Translations under genes and position numbers: made by a program | Shown here: positions 1 through 7,970 of the stretch, piece after piece | Numbering within the stretch: the first letter of the stretch is position 1 | Layout of the letters: every line of letters begins with the position of its first letter | Origin: Gammaproteobacteria bacterium F7 | GTDB taxonomy: Bacteria; Pseudomonadota; Gammaproteobacteria; Pseudomonadales; IMCC2047 | DNA length: 64,000 nt | Assembly: GCA_001593685.1 (NCBI GenBank) | Contig: LUKI01000002.1 | Location: forward strand, 16,077 to 80,076 | Direction: 5' to 3' | The notes under the pieces: generated by a model | Seen by the model: only the letters and a program-made list of their open reading frames with translations | What the model was told of the DNA's origin: nothing | The model's database searches: none

Positions 1-2
1 TG

Positions 3-110
3 ATCGCCGCTCTAGTTTGTAACGAAACGTTACCTGTCGAACAGCCACTCATTAATGCAATAAACCCTTGCCGTTTTATCATCCGCGACTTAATTCGCAA
101 CAAAATTTAA
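3..110 (+). CDS. 3' end of an unidentified CDS truncated by the window edge
   Basis: Frame 3 is open from the window start to TAA at 108-110 (...NPCRFIIRDLIRNKI*). Too short to assign a family. Confidence 0.3.
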   Translation: MAALVCNETLPVEQPLINAINPCRFIIRDLIRNKI

Positions 111-184
111 GATCAAAAAGTTATTTAAAATGAGTTGATTTCTGGCAAAACCAAAGCGGATAAGGTCTAGAGAAGCATTGATAG

Positions 185-207
185 TTTTCCACAGAAGCTG
201 TGGATAA
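185..207. promoter_or_regulatory. Inverted pair of DnaA-box-like 9-mers (TTTTCCACA-N5-TGTGGATAA)
   Basis: 185-193 TTTTCCACA fits TTWTNCACA. 199-207 TGTGGATAA is the reverse complement of the perfect box TTATCCACA. The pair also forms the palindrome CCACAG-N3-CTGTGG. About 34 bp here is repeated at 1295-1328. Confidence 0.45.
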
Positions 208-398
208 CTATGGGGATAGTAATTGGGTAGTTACCCCAAAGTCACGAAAACAGAGGGGTTTTGTTAAATTGGTCACATTTCAACCAAGAGAAACAAAATA
301 CTTATAAATCAACATGTTATGGTGTTTTTGTAATAATAAACAAAAAAAAACACCGCTATTTGACAGCAATCATAAAAAATCCAGGTAGTTTATTCAGT

Positions 399-407
399 TG
401 TGAATAA
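399..407. promoter_or_regulatory. DnaA-box-like 9-mer TGTGAATAA (reverse complement TTATTCACA)
   Basis: Matches TTATNCACA. It overlaps an 8-bp perfect inverted repeat, TTTATTCA-gttg-TGAATAAA (389-408), downstream of yheU. Confidence 0.3.
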
Positions 408-458
408 AGTCAACGCCTTTGTGTAAGAAAAAATTCATAAATGCTAAGCGCCATTACA

Positions 459-665
459 CTATGTCAATAGCACGATCTCACAAATCTCCATAGATTCATC
501 GTATTGAATTGCCGCCTTGCCCTGCTTTAAAAGCGACATCACCTGCACGACTTTCTCCTCTAAACTAAGCTCACATTCGCCATAGTCGGTACCATCGCGG
601 GTAACAAATTCTTCAATCATGTTACTTAAGGTTTCTTGGGAAATTGCTTGGTAGGGAATGTCCAT
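459..665 (-). CDS. yheU: YheU family protein (UPF0270)
   Basis: 68-aa ORF. The pattern IPYQ..S.ETL.N.IEEFV.R.GTDYGE..LSLEEKV matches my memory of E. coli YheU in both length and layout. Confidence 0.7.
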   Translation of the reverse strand: MDIPYQAISQETLSNMIEEFVTRDGTDYGECELSLEEKVVQVMSLLKQGKAAIQYDESMEICEIVLLT

Positions 666-684
666 TCTTTAATCTCTAGATAAA

Positions 685-1362
685 TCACATAAATAAACGC
701 CGGAACCAGCCGGCATCCAGCTCATCTTTACAGCCCCGATATTGAGCCCCATACCGGCTGGCACGCACACCTACTCTATCAGCTGTTTTTAATAGCCAAT
801 GTTTCTTTCGATACGTACCGCGCTTATAACCACCCCAACCATCGTGGTAATTTAAATATTGAGCTTTTGCATCCCACTTGGATACGTTATTAATACGGTG
901 GGTTTTATCCATAAACCAGCCCATGAAATCCACCGCATCGCTAAAATCATCCCGATCAGCCCAACGGTTTCCTGTCTCACGCTTATAGTCCTTCCAGGTG
1001 CCCGTTTTTGCTTGAGCATACCCATAGGCAGAACTGACTCGCCCCCAAGGAATCACACCCAGTAAATAATCGCGCGGAGGCCTCGCCTTAGCCTTAAAAC
1101 TGGATTCCTGGTACATAATCGCCATCGGCACCTGTAACGGCACCCGCCAGCGTTTTTCGCTACGTTTTGCTGCTTTATACCAGTCTCGCTTTTCTTTGAA
1201 GATCGCGCACAGGTTATCAGTTTGACGAGGCGCATTAGCCGTACAACCAACCATTAGTGCACTTAAAAGCAACACCGCAAAGAAAGGCTTCTTTTGTTCA
1301 CAAAATCTGTGGATAACTCTGAGGATATTATCTGAGTTAGTCTGAAAACTCTTTATATTCAT
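685..1362 (-). CDS. Putative lipoprotein, lysozyme-like / SLT-type transglycosylase domain
   Basis: Lipobox LMVGC. A YQESSF motif resembles the catalytic Glu-Ser of SLT-type transglycosylases. The unusually long 40-aa pre-Cys N-terminus contains a DnaA-box pair, so the true start is uncertain. Confidence 0.55.
   Translation of the reverse strand: MNIKSFQTNSDNILRVIHRFCEQKKPFFAVLLLSALMVGCTANAPRQTDNLCAIFKEKRDWYKAAKRSEKRWRVPLQVPMAIMYQESSFKAKARPPRDYLLGVIPWGRVSSAYGYAQAKTGTWKDYKRETGNRWADRDDFSDAVDFMGWFMDKTHRINNVSKWDAKAQYLNYHDGWGGYKRGTYRKKHWLLKTADRVGVRASRYGAQYRGCKDELDAGWFRRLFM
1294..1316. promoter_or_regulatory. Second inverted DnaA-box-like pair (TTGTTCACA-N5-TGTGGATAA)
   Basis: 1308-1316 is a perfect box (reverse complement TTATCCACA). 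1294-1302 has one mismatch. Architecture and spacing match 185-207. The 22-mer 1307-1328 matches 198-219 at 19/22 positions. Confidence 0.4.
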
Positions 1363-1495
1363 AGCCTTTCAACAAATTGATTATTTTTTAAACAAAAAAA
1401 CAATCTTCTTTTATTTCAACAAGTTATGTTTTGCAATAGATAAATTCAGGCAACTATAAAATAATTTAGCCTAAATTCACTAAAACTATAGAGCA

Positions 1496-1504
1496 TGTGA
1501 ATAA
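1496..1504. promoter_or_regulatory. DnaA-box-like 9-mer TGTGAATAA
   Basis: Same 9-mer as at 399-407. It lies in the 300-bp AT-rich spacer between the lipoprotein gene and fabY. Confidence 0.3.
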
Positions 1505-1626
1505 ACCGGAGGATGGTTTTTAAGAATCGACATAAATCAAGACATAAAAACAATTACTTTAGTTTAAATGACTTAAAATCTAATAAAGGATGAGGGCTAA
1601 ACTTAACCACTCAAAAAAATTTAAGT

Positions 1627-1656
1627 AAAAAAAAGCGGAGCCTGAGCTCCGCTTTT
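1627..1656 (-). terminator. Rho-independent terminator downstream of fabY
   Basis: Stem GCGGAGC (1635-1641) / GCTCCGC (1646-1652) with loop CTGA. On the minus strand it is followed by a run of 8 T (A-run 1627-1634). It sits 17 nt after the fabY stop. Confidence 0.8.
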
Positions 1657-1668
1657 GATACCTATAAA

Positions 1669-3573
1669 TTAACTCATATCACTATAAGGATTTTCCAGCT
1701 CTAAACTAATCGGGTTTTCATAACCAGCGATTCTTAATTCAGATTTATCCAGACTGACGTCATCTTCACCTTTCACATCCAGGCCAAACTTATAAATCAA
1801 TTCAGTTTGCCCTTTTCTGGCCGCTTCATCATATTCCTGAGATTTTGCTTTTACCGACTCATTGCGTTTTGTGTATTCCGCCAACACATCAGCGCCATGT
1901 TTTTTCTCCAGCATTTTGCGGACTACGTGCGGCGCAAGAATAGAAGCTGAGGCATTGTTGCCACCAAAGCCCTTGGAGTTCAGAATCGCCACATCCATGC
2001 CTTCAGCGCCTACATCCAGGTTTTCCGTTAAAATATTCAGTTCCGAGTTATGCACATCATCGGCGATGTGATCAATGGTGCTGATGCCAGGAATAATACC
2101 GTACTGCCAAACACCCAGTGTCGACATCAATTGATCACCGGCGGCCACGGCCAATGTATGGCCGATGTAACTTTTCACAGCGGTTACGGGCCAATTGCTA
2201 ATGCCAAAGGTTTTTGCCATTTCATTAAGAATATGCGATTCGGTGACACGGTTTTGCGGTGTACCCGTACCATGCGCTTGCACAAAGCTGCGTTTGATGC
2301 CTTCGTCACCCACAATCGCTCGCGCCGATGCCAGCGCTTTAGCCATAGTGACATAATTACCTACACCAGGGCTGGAAATTGATTTTTTGAAGCCATCGGC
2401 ATTCACAAACACATCGCCAACCGCGCCTAAAATATTGGCCCCTAACTCAATAGCCAGCTCATCATCAAACAACACAACAAACTGAGCGCCTTCAGCCAGG
2501 GTAAAGCCACAGTTTGAAGAAAACGGGCGGCAGGCACGGCGATGATTAACCACATCACCCTCATCTAGCGCTAACAGCTCTTTATCTTCAGCCAATGCGC
2601 CCATGGTCCTAAAACCATCTATGACCTCAGGCGTAATCGCAGCTTCGGCATCACCGACCACCACAACCCGTTTGCGTCCTGAACGGATTTCTTCCAACCC
2701 CTGTTTAAGGTTGTATAGGAACGTGGCGCAAGCGCCAACATTAGCCCCCGTTCCTCCCACATTACCGAGCACGTAAGCATTTACAAAATCGGCTGGCATT
2801 TCCGGAAAGCCCAGGGCCAGCTGCTTAGAGCTAACCCGCTTACCTTTCAGCGCGGATTGCAATAAACCACCATTACCATTCTCATCCATCTGAGAAATAC
2901 TACTACTGGCAAAAACACCCACTTCATCAGGTGATACATGACTCATCACCTTCTGCCAATCAATGCCAAGCGCATTTACCGCATCGGAAGCGCCATAAAC
3001 ACTCAGCTGTAGGCCTCGGGGATGACTACGTGATGCGTAAAGTTTGTCCGGCGTAAAGCCAGTCGGTAGCTGTCCAGCACTGTTCACCGTTGACGCACGC
3101 GAATCGTTGAAAAGAAGCTCCAAGTCACCAGCAACAGTCACTCGCACTCGGTCTGAGCCCTCGAGTTTTTCAACAGTCCAGTTATCTGGCACGGTGTTTG
3201 GCAGATGGCGAGCACGTAACTCAAAGCTCAGGGGTTGATCGCCAGTCGGTGAAATTTTAGAGGCCGCATGCACGGGCATGTTCTCTGGATCAAAGAGGTT
3301 CTTTTCAAGCTTGCGAACCAACGTATGATCGGTAATGTGTGGCCGGTAGTGTGCCAACCACTCGTCTAAATCAACGGGTTCGCCTTGAGCGTCGACATAA
3401 CCACCATCTTTGAATTTCAACAGTTTCATCAAAACCGCAAGGTCAGTGTAAGTCTGTTTGACCGTTTCCGTATCCAGCACATCGGCTAGCATACGGCGAT
3501 AGCCGTGGTGAAATGATGATCTGCCGGCAGGGCTAATCCCCCCAAAACTTACGATCACTGGTAACGATGCCAA
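1669..3573 (-). CDS. fabY: FabY-type beta-ketoacyl-ACP synthase (long KAS I/II-domain initiating synthase)
   Basis: The N-terminus LPVIVSFGG..AGRSSFHHGYRRM, plus GACATFLYNL (active-site Cys) and GFGGNNAS, matches my memory of P. aeruginosa FabY (PA5174). I place the start at TTG 3573, 6 nt after AGGAGA. That gives 634 aa; the ORF-track ATG at 3612 has no SD. Confidence 0.8.
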   Translation of the reverse strand: MASLPVIVSFGGISPAGRSSFHHGYRRMLADVLDTETVKQTYTDLAVLMKLLKFKDGGYVDAQGEPVDLDEWLAHYRPHITDHTLVRKLEKNLFDPENMPVHAASKISPTGDQPLSFELRARHLPNTVPDNWTVEKLEGSDRVRVTVAGDLELLFNDSRASTVNSAGQLPTGFTPDKLYASRSHPRGLQLSVYGASDAVNALGIDWQKVMSHVSPDEVGVFASSSISQMDENGNGGLLQSALKGKRVSSKQLALGFPEMPADFVNAYVLGNVGGTGANVGACATFLYNLKQGLEEIRSGRKRVVVVGDAEAAITPEVIDGFRTMGALAEDKELLALDEGDVVNHRRACRPFSSNCGFTLAEGAQFVVLFDDELAIELGANILGAVGDVFVNADGFKKSISSPGVGNYVTMAKALASARAIVGDEGIKRSFVQAHGTGTPQNRVTESHILNEMAKTFGISNWPVTAVKSYIGHTLAVAAGDQLMSTLGVWQYGIIPGISTIDHIADDVHNSELNILTENLDVGAEGMDVAILNSKGFGGNNASASILAPHVVRKMLEKKHGADVLAEYTKRNESVKAKSQEYDEAARKGQTELIYKFGLDVKGEDDVSLDKSELRIAGYENPISLELENPYSDMS

Positions 3574-3718
3574 ATTACTTCTCCTAATTACACTTAACCT
3601 ACATTGAGGCACATAGTAATGTGTAAGAAAAATGACAACTAGTGCATTCTAGCCATTTAATTAGGTATATTAGTCACAATTTTAAATTTGGCCACTTTTT
3701 CATCACCAATCGAGCACT

Positions 3719-4708
3719 ATGAAGCACATCACCGTATTAACGTTTCCCCGCGCGTTAGGCACCAGCATTACACTGCCCGTTGAAATGCTTAATGCTGCGG
3801 ATGCACATCAACGCGTCCAACAGCCCGGCAGTCCTCGTTTAACGATTGATATTGCCAGCATTGATGGAGAACCTGTTTCCATTACCGGCGGTATTGAAAT
3901 TCGTCCCAACAGGACGCTAGCCGACATAGAGCAAACCGATCTGATTATTATCCCCGGCATGTGGGGCAACCCCAAACCGATATTGCGGCGCTACCCTTTC
4001 ATCATGGATTGGCTGAGCAAACAGCACCAGCAGGAAGCCCTTATTTGCGCAACTGGCACCGGCGTATGCTTTTTGGCGGAGGCTGGGTTACTCGACAACA
4101 AAGCGGCGACAACTCACTGGTACTATTTCGAGCAGTTCAAAAAGGATTACCCGAAGGTTAAATTACAAACCAAACGTTTTATTACCAACTCCGGCAATAT
4201 TTATTGTGCCGGACGGATGAATTCCATTACGAACCTGATCATCCACTTCATTGAACGCTTCTATAACCACGGTATCGCCCGCCAGATTGAGCAGCACTTT
4301 GCTCACGAAATAAAACAAACCTACGAAAGTATTTTCTACGCCTTTGACGAACAACGCTCCCATCACGACGAAGAGGTCATTCAGGCGCAACAGTGGATGC
4401 TGAGAAATTACGCTAATGAAATCAGCCTGGTAGAAGTTGCCAAGCAGTTTGGCATGAGCCTGCGTACCTTTAATCGCCGCTTCAAACAGGCTACCGACAG
4501 CACTCCTTTGGAGTACTTGCAACATATCCGCCTTGGCACGGCTCGAGATTTACTCAAGGAAAGTAATCTTAGCGTGGCGGAAATCAGTTACCGCGTTGGC
4601 TTCAACGATCCGGGTTACTTTTCAGCACTCTTTAAACGCCGCGTCTCACTCAATCCTCGCGATTACCGCAAGCTGGTTCGAGCAAAATTATTCAGCCTCG
4701 ATGAATGA
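3719..4708 (+). CDS. GlxA-family transcriptional regulator (DJ-1/PfpI-like N-domain + AraC HTH)
   Basis: The N-terminal half has a class-I amidotransferase-like/DJ-1 layout (IIIPG..., ICATGTGVCFLAEAGLLD). The C-terminal half has a typical AraC HTH (FGMSLRTFNRRFKQATDSTPLEYLQHIRL...GYFSALFKR). Confidence 0.8.
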   Translation: MKHITVLTFPRALGTSITLPVEMLNAADAHQRVQQPGSPRLTIDIASIDGEPVSITGGIEIRPNRTLADIEQTDLIIIPGMWGNPKPILRRYPFIMDWLSKQHQQEALICATGTGVCFLAEAGLLDNKAATTHWYYFEQFKKDYPKVKLQTKRFITNSGNIYCAGRMNSITNLIIHFIERFYNHGIARQIEQHFAHEIKQTYESIFYAFDEQRSHHDEEVIQAQQWMLRNYANEISLVEVAKQFGMSLRTFNRRFKQATDSTPLEYLQHIRLGTARDLLKESNLSVAEISYRVGFNDPGYFSALFKRRVSLNPRDYRKLVRAKLFSLDE

Positions 4709-4850
4709 GCACCACTGCAGAATAACGGGAGCGCTCCAGAGAAACGCTAAATAACCACAAAAGATTGCCCGCTCCGCCCGCAATCACATTTATAGCGACT
4801 AATAACACAGGTATGATAACCGCTAATTTTCTAATGGACGGGTACTTTTT

Positions 4851-5180
4851 ATGGCTTACCTTTATCTCGCCATTGCGATCATCGCGGAAGTTATTGCGAC
4901 TAGCGCGCTGAAGGCCTCTGCTGAATTTACCAGGTTGATACCCAGTATCGTCGTTGTCATCGGCTACTGCGTGGCTTTTTATTTTCTGACACTAGTATTG
5001 CGCAGCATTCCAATCGGGGTCACCTACGCCATCTGGTCCGGGCTAGGCATCGTACTCATTACGCTGGTTGGCGTCTTTGCCTATAAAGAAATCCCTGACA
5101 CGCCCGCCTTAATTGGCATGGGATTGATTATTGCCGGCGTAATAGTCATTAACCTTTTCTCTAAAACCACAGCCCACTGA
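4851..5180 (+). CDS. SMR-family small multidrug/quaternary-cation efflux protein
   Basis: 109 aa with four hydrophobic helices. A conserved membrane-embedded Glu in AIIAEVIATSALK corresponds to the EmrE E14 position. Confidence 0.8.
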   Translation: MAYLYLAIAIIAEVIATSALKASAEFTRLIPSIVVVIGYCVAFYFLTLVLRSIPIGVTYAIWSGLGIVLITLVGVFAYKEIPDTPALIGMGLIIAGVIVINLFSKTTAH

Positions 5181-5791
5181 TGTCTGACTACCTCGTACCT
5201 GCTGATACGATTGTTGTTGAGCAGGAGCTAAAAAAAAGTCGCTTTATCGCCTCAGCCGGTCGCGCCAGCAACAAGGCAGAAGCAGCCGCGTTTATTCAGG
5301 CCGTACGCCAAACGTTTCCGGACGCCAGCCATAACTGCTGGGCTTATATCGCTGGCGAGCCCAATAACACTGTCGACATTGGTATGAGTGACGACGGTGA
5401 ACCTCAGGGCACAGCGGGCAAACCCATGCTCAATGTTTTGCAGCACAAAAATGTCGGCGAGGTCGTCGTCGTGGTGACTCGCTACTTTGGTGGTGTAAAG
5501 CTGGGCGCCGGCGGGCTGGTTCGTGCCTACTCTGGTGCCGTACAAGCGGTGATGGAAGAACTGCCCCTGACAAAAGTAGTGGCGGTTAAAGAGGCGCTGC
5601 TGCAATTTCCCTACGCTAACGAAAGCACTGTTCGCCGCCTGTTAGACAGTTTACAAATTGAGGTCACTGATACCGATTATCAAGAACAGGTACTAATGCA
5701 CATTAACGTACCTGAGAACCAGGCCGAAGAGCTTGAGGAAAAAGCCGTTAACCAAACCCACGGTGAGGCGATGCTGCGTTGGCAGGATTGA
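5180..5791 (+). CDS. yigZ: YigZ / IMPACT-family protein (UPF0029)
   Basis: Carries KKSRFIA, HNCWAY, DDGEP.GTAG.P and TRYFGG.KLG motifs typical of YigZ. Its start overlaps the SMR stop by 1 nt (TGATG). Confidence 0.75.
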   Translation: MSDYLVPADTIVVEQELKKSRFIASAGRASNKAEAAAFIQAVRQTFPDASHNCWAYIAGEPNNTVDIGMSDDGEPQGTAGKPMLNVLQHKNVGEVVVVVTRYFGGVKLGAGGLVRAYSGAVQAVMEELPLTKVVAVKEALLQFPYANESTVRRLLDSLQIEVTDTDYQEQVLMHINVPENQAEELEEKAVNQTHGEAMLRWQD

Positions 5792-5851
5792 AGCAGCAAA
5801 CGCCACTGTATAGTTGTGCCTCCCAAGCGGCCCCTTAAAGCCCTGCTAAAA

Positions 5852-5878
5852 AGGGACTGTGATATTCAACCAGTCCCT
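5852..5878 (-). terminator. Probable intrinsic terminator after acs
   Basis: 8-bp stem AGGGACTG (5852-5859) / CAGTCCCT (5871-5878), followed on the minus strand by T4-5. It lies 20 nt downstream of the acs stop. Confidence 0.5.
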
Positions 5879-5897
5879 CAAAGATTGAGAATAGAAA

Positions 5898-7844
5898 CTA
5901 GCGGTTCTTACGGTTAGCAATTAAATCATCCACAACGGAAGGATCAGCCAGTGTGGAGGTATCCCCTAACTGGCCGTAATCATTTTCCGCAATTTTACGA
6001 AGAATACGCCGCATAATTTTTCCGGAACGGGTTTTCGGCAGGCCCGGAGCCCACTGAATTAAATCAGGTTGCGCAATCGGACCAATCTCTTTACGCACCC
6101 ACTGACACAGCTCATCGGCCAATTCGTCACTGCCTTCAACGCCATGATTAAGGGTGACATAAACATAGATACCCTCCCCTTTAAGATGATGTGGATAGCC
6201 AACAACAGCAGCCTCAGCCACCTTGTCATGCAGCACCACCGCACTTTCAATTTCGGCTGTTCCTAAACGGTGACCGGAAACACTCAGGACATCATCGACA
6301 CGCCCCGTAATCCAGTAGTAGCCGTCAGCATCGCGCGAAGCACCGTCACCGGTAAAGAAGTGTTCAGGGTAGGCGGTAAAATAGGTTTTGATAAATCGAG
6401 GGTGATCACCATACACCGAGCGAGCCTGCCCCGGCCAACTATCCTCAATCACTAAAATCCCCTCGGCTTCACCCTCAAGTACCTGTCCGTCACCATCAAC
6501 CAAAGCCGGCTTTACACCAAAGAAAGGTCGAGTGGCAGAACCCGGTTTAAGGGGCGTAGCTCCCGGTAAAGGCGTGAGCATAAAACCACCGGTTTCAGTC
6601 TGCCACCAGGTATCAATAATTGGGCAGCTGGAATTACCCATTGTCTCGTAGTACCACTGCCAGGCGGCTGGGTTGATCGGCTCACCGACGGAGCCCAGTA
6701 TTTTTAGACTTTCACGCGTGGTGTTCTGTACCGCCGCATCGCCATCGGCCATCAAACCACGGATCGCTGTTGGTGCCGTGTAAAGAATATTAATCTGATG
6801 TTTATCCACCACCTGACTCATACGGTTAATACCCGGGTAAGTCGGCACGCCTTCAAACATCAATGTCGTTGCCCCGTTGGCCAGAGGCCCGTAAAGAATA
6901 TAGCTATGTCCCGTAATCCAGCCGACATCAGCAGTACACCAGTAAATATCTCCGTCATGGTAATCAAAGGCATATTGATGGGTCATGGAGGCGTACACCA
7001 TATAGCCTCCTGTGGTATGCATGACACCCTTCGGTACACCGGTCGAGCCTGACGTGTATAAAATGAACAACGGATCTTCGGCATTCATTGGTTCAGGCTC
7101 GCAGTCATCGGGCACTTGAGCAATGATATCCTGATAGATAACGTCACGCGTCTCTACCCAACCCACCTCTTCACCCGTGTAACGCACCATAACAACGGTT
7201 TCAACACATTCGGTTCCAGAACGGGTGAGTGCTTCATCAATATTCGCTTTTAGAGGAATAGTACGACCACCACGCACCCCCTCATCGGCGGTGATCACGG
7301 CATTACTGTTACAGGCCGCGATACGGTTAGCGATGGCGTCTGCGGAAAAACCACCAAAAATGACCGAATGAATAGCGCCGATGCGTGCACAGGCCAACAT
7401 TGCGTACGCCGCCTCCGGAATCATCGGCATGTAGATGGTGACCACGTCCCCCTTTTTAATGCCCTGCGCCTTAAGAGCATTGGCAAAGCGGCAAACATGG
7501 CGGTAAAGCTCACGATAAGTGATTTTGGTGTCAACGGCGGGGTCATCGGATTCCCAGATAATAGCCACCTGATCCCCGCGCGACTCCAAATGTCGATCAA
7601 TGCAGTTGGCTGAGGCATTTAGCACACCATCCTCGAACCACTTGATAGTAACGGCATCCTTACCAAACTCGGTATTTTTTACTTTCGTGTAGGGTTTTAT
7701 CCACTCCAGACGCTGCCCGTGTTCACGCCAGAATGCGTCCGGGTCAGCTACCGAAGCCTCATACATCGTCCGATAGGTCTCATCATCAATCCAGGTACGT
7801 GCAGCAATATCGGGCTTTACGGGGTAGAGGGTTGGCTCGGACAT
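5898..7844 (-). CDS. acs: Acetyl-CoA synthetase (AMP-forming)
   Basis: Contains [28 protein letters not shown] and [11 protein letters not shown] motifs. Start placed at ATG 7844 (MSEPTLYPV...), preceded by AAGGAGA; the ORF-track start at 7871 is 9 codons upstream. Confidence 0.93.
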   Translation of the reverse strand: MSEPTLYPVKPDIAARTWIDDETYRTMYEASVADPDAFWREHGQRLEWIKPYTKVKNTEFGKDAVTIKWFEDGVLNASANCIDRHLESRGDQVAIIWESDDPAVDTKITYRELYRHVCRFANALKAQGIKKGDVVTIYMPMIPEAAYAMLACARIGAIHSVIFGGFSADAIANRIAACNSNAVITADEGVRGGRTIPLKANIDEALTRSGTECVETVVMVRYTGEEVGWVETRDVIYQDIIAQVPDDCEPEPMNAEDPLFILYTSGSTGVPKGVMHTTGGYMVYASMTHQYAFDYHDGDIYWCTADVGWITGHSYILYGPLANGATTLMFEGVPTYPGINRMSQVVDKHQINILYTAPTAIRGLMADGDAAVQNTTRESLKILGSVGEPINPAAWQWYYETMGNSSCPIIDTWWQTETGGFMLTPLPGATPLKPGSATRPFFGVKPALVDGDGQVLEGEAEGILVIEDSWPGQARSVYGDHPRFIKTYFTAYPEHFFTGDGASRDADGYYWITGRVDDVLSVSGHRLGTAEIESAVVLHDKVAEAAVVGYPHHLKGEGIYVYVTLNHGVEGSDELADELCQWVRKEIGPIAQPDLIQWAPGLPKTRSGKIMRRILRKIAENDYGQLGDTSTLADPSVVDDLIANRKNR

Positions 7845-7970
7845 GTGTTTTTTCTCCTTATAATCAATCACTAGCCTAATTACAGACTATTTAACTGGAT
7901 CGTTAAGGTAGCCGCAAGCCAATTTACCGCGTCGGGATGGAGAGAGTGACTCTCCCCTATTCAAAATAGC

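Noticed and set aside
185-1504. Possibility that the DnaA-box cluster marks the chromosomal replication origin (oriC)
   Set aside because: No dnaA, dnaN, rpmH, gidA/mnmG or mioC context. No tandem AT-rich 13-mer array. GATC sites are sparse (about 5 in 1.7 kb) rather than clustered. The flanking genes (yheU, fabY) are not origin-proximal markers in the gammaproteobacteria I know. I kept it only as a DnaA-box cluster finding.
4044-4060. Sigma-54-like TGGCAC...TGC element
   Set aside because: The GG-to-GC spacing is off by one from the TGGCAC-N5-TTGCW consensus, and the site is inside the GlxA-family coding sequence. No convincing -24/-12 promoter was found upstream of the EPS operons within the window.
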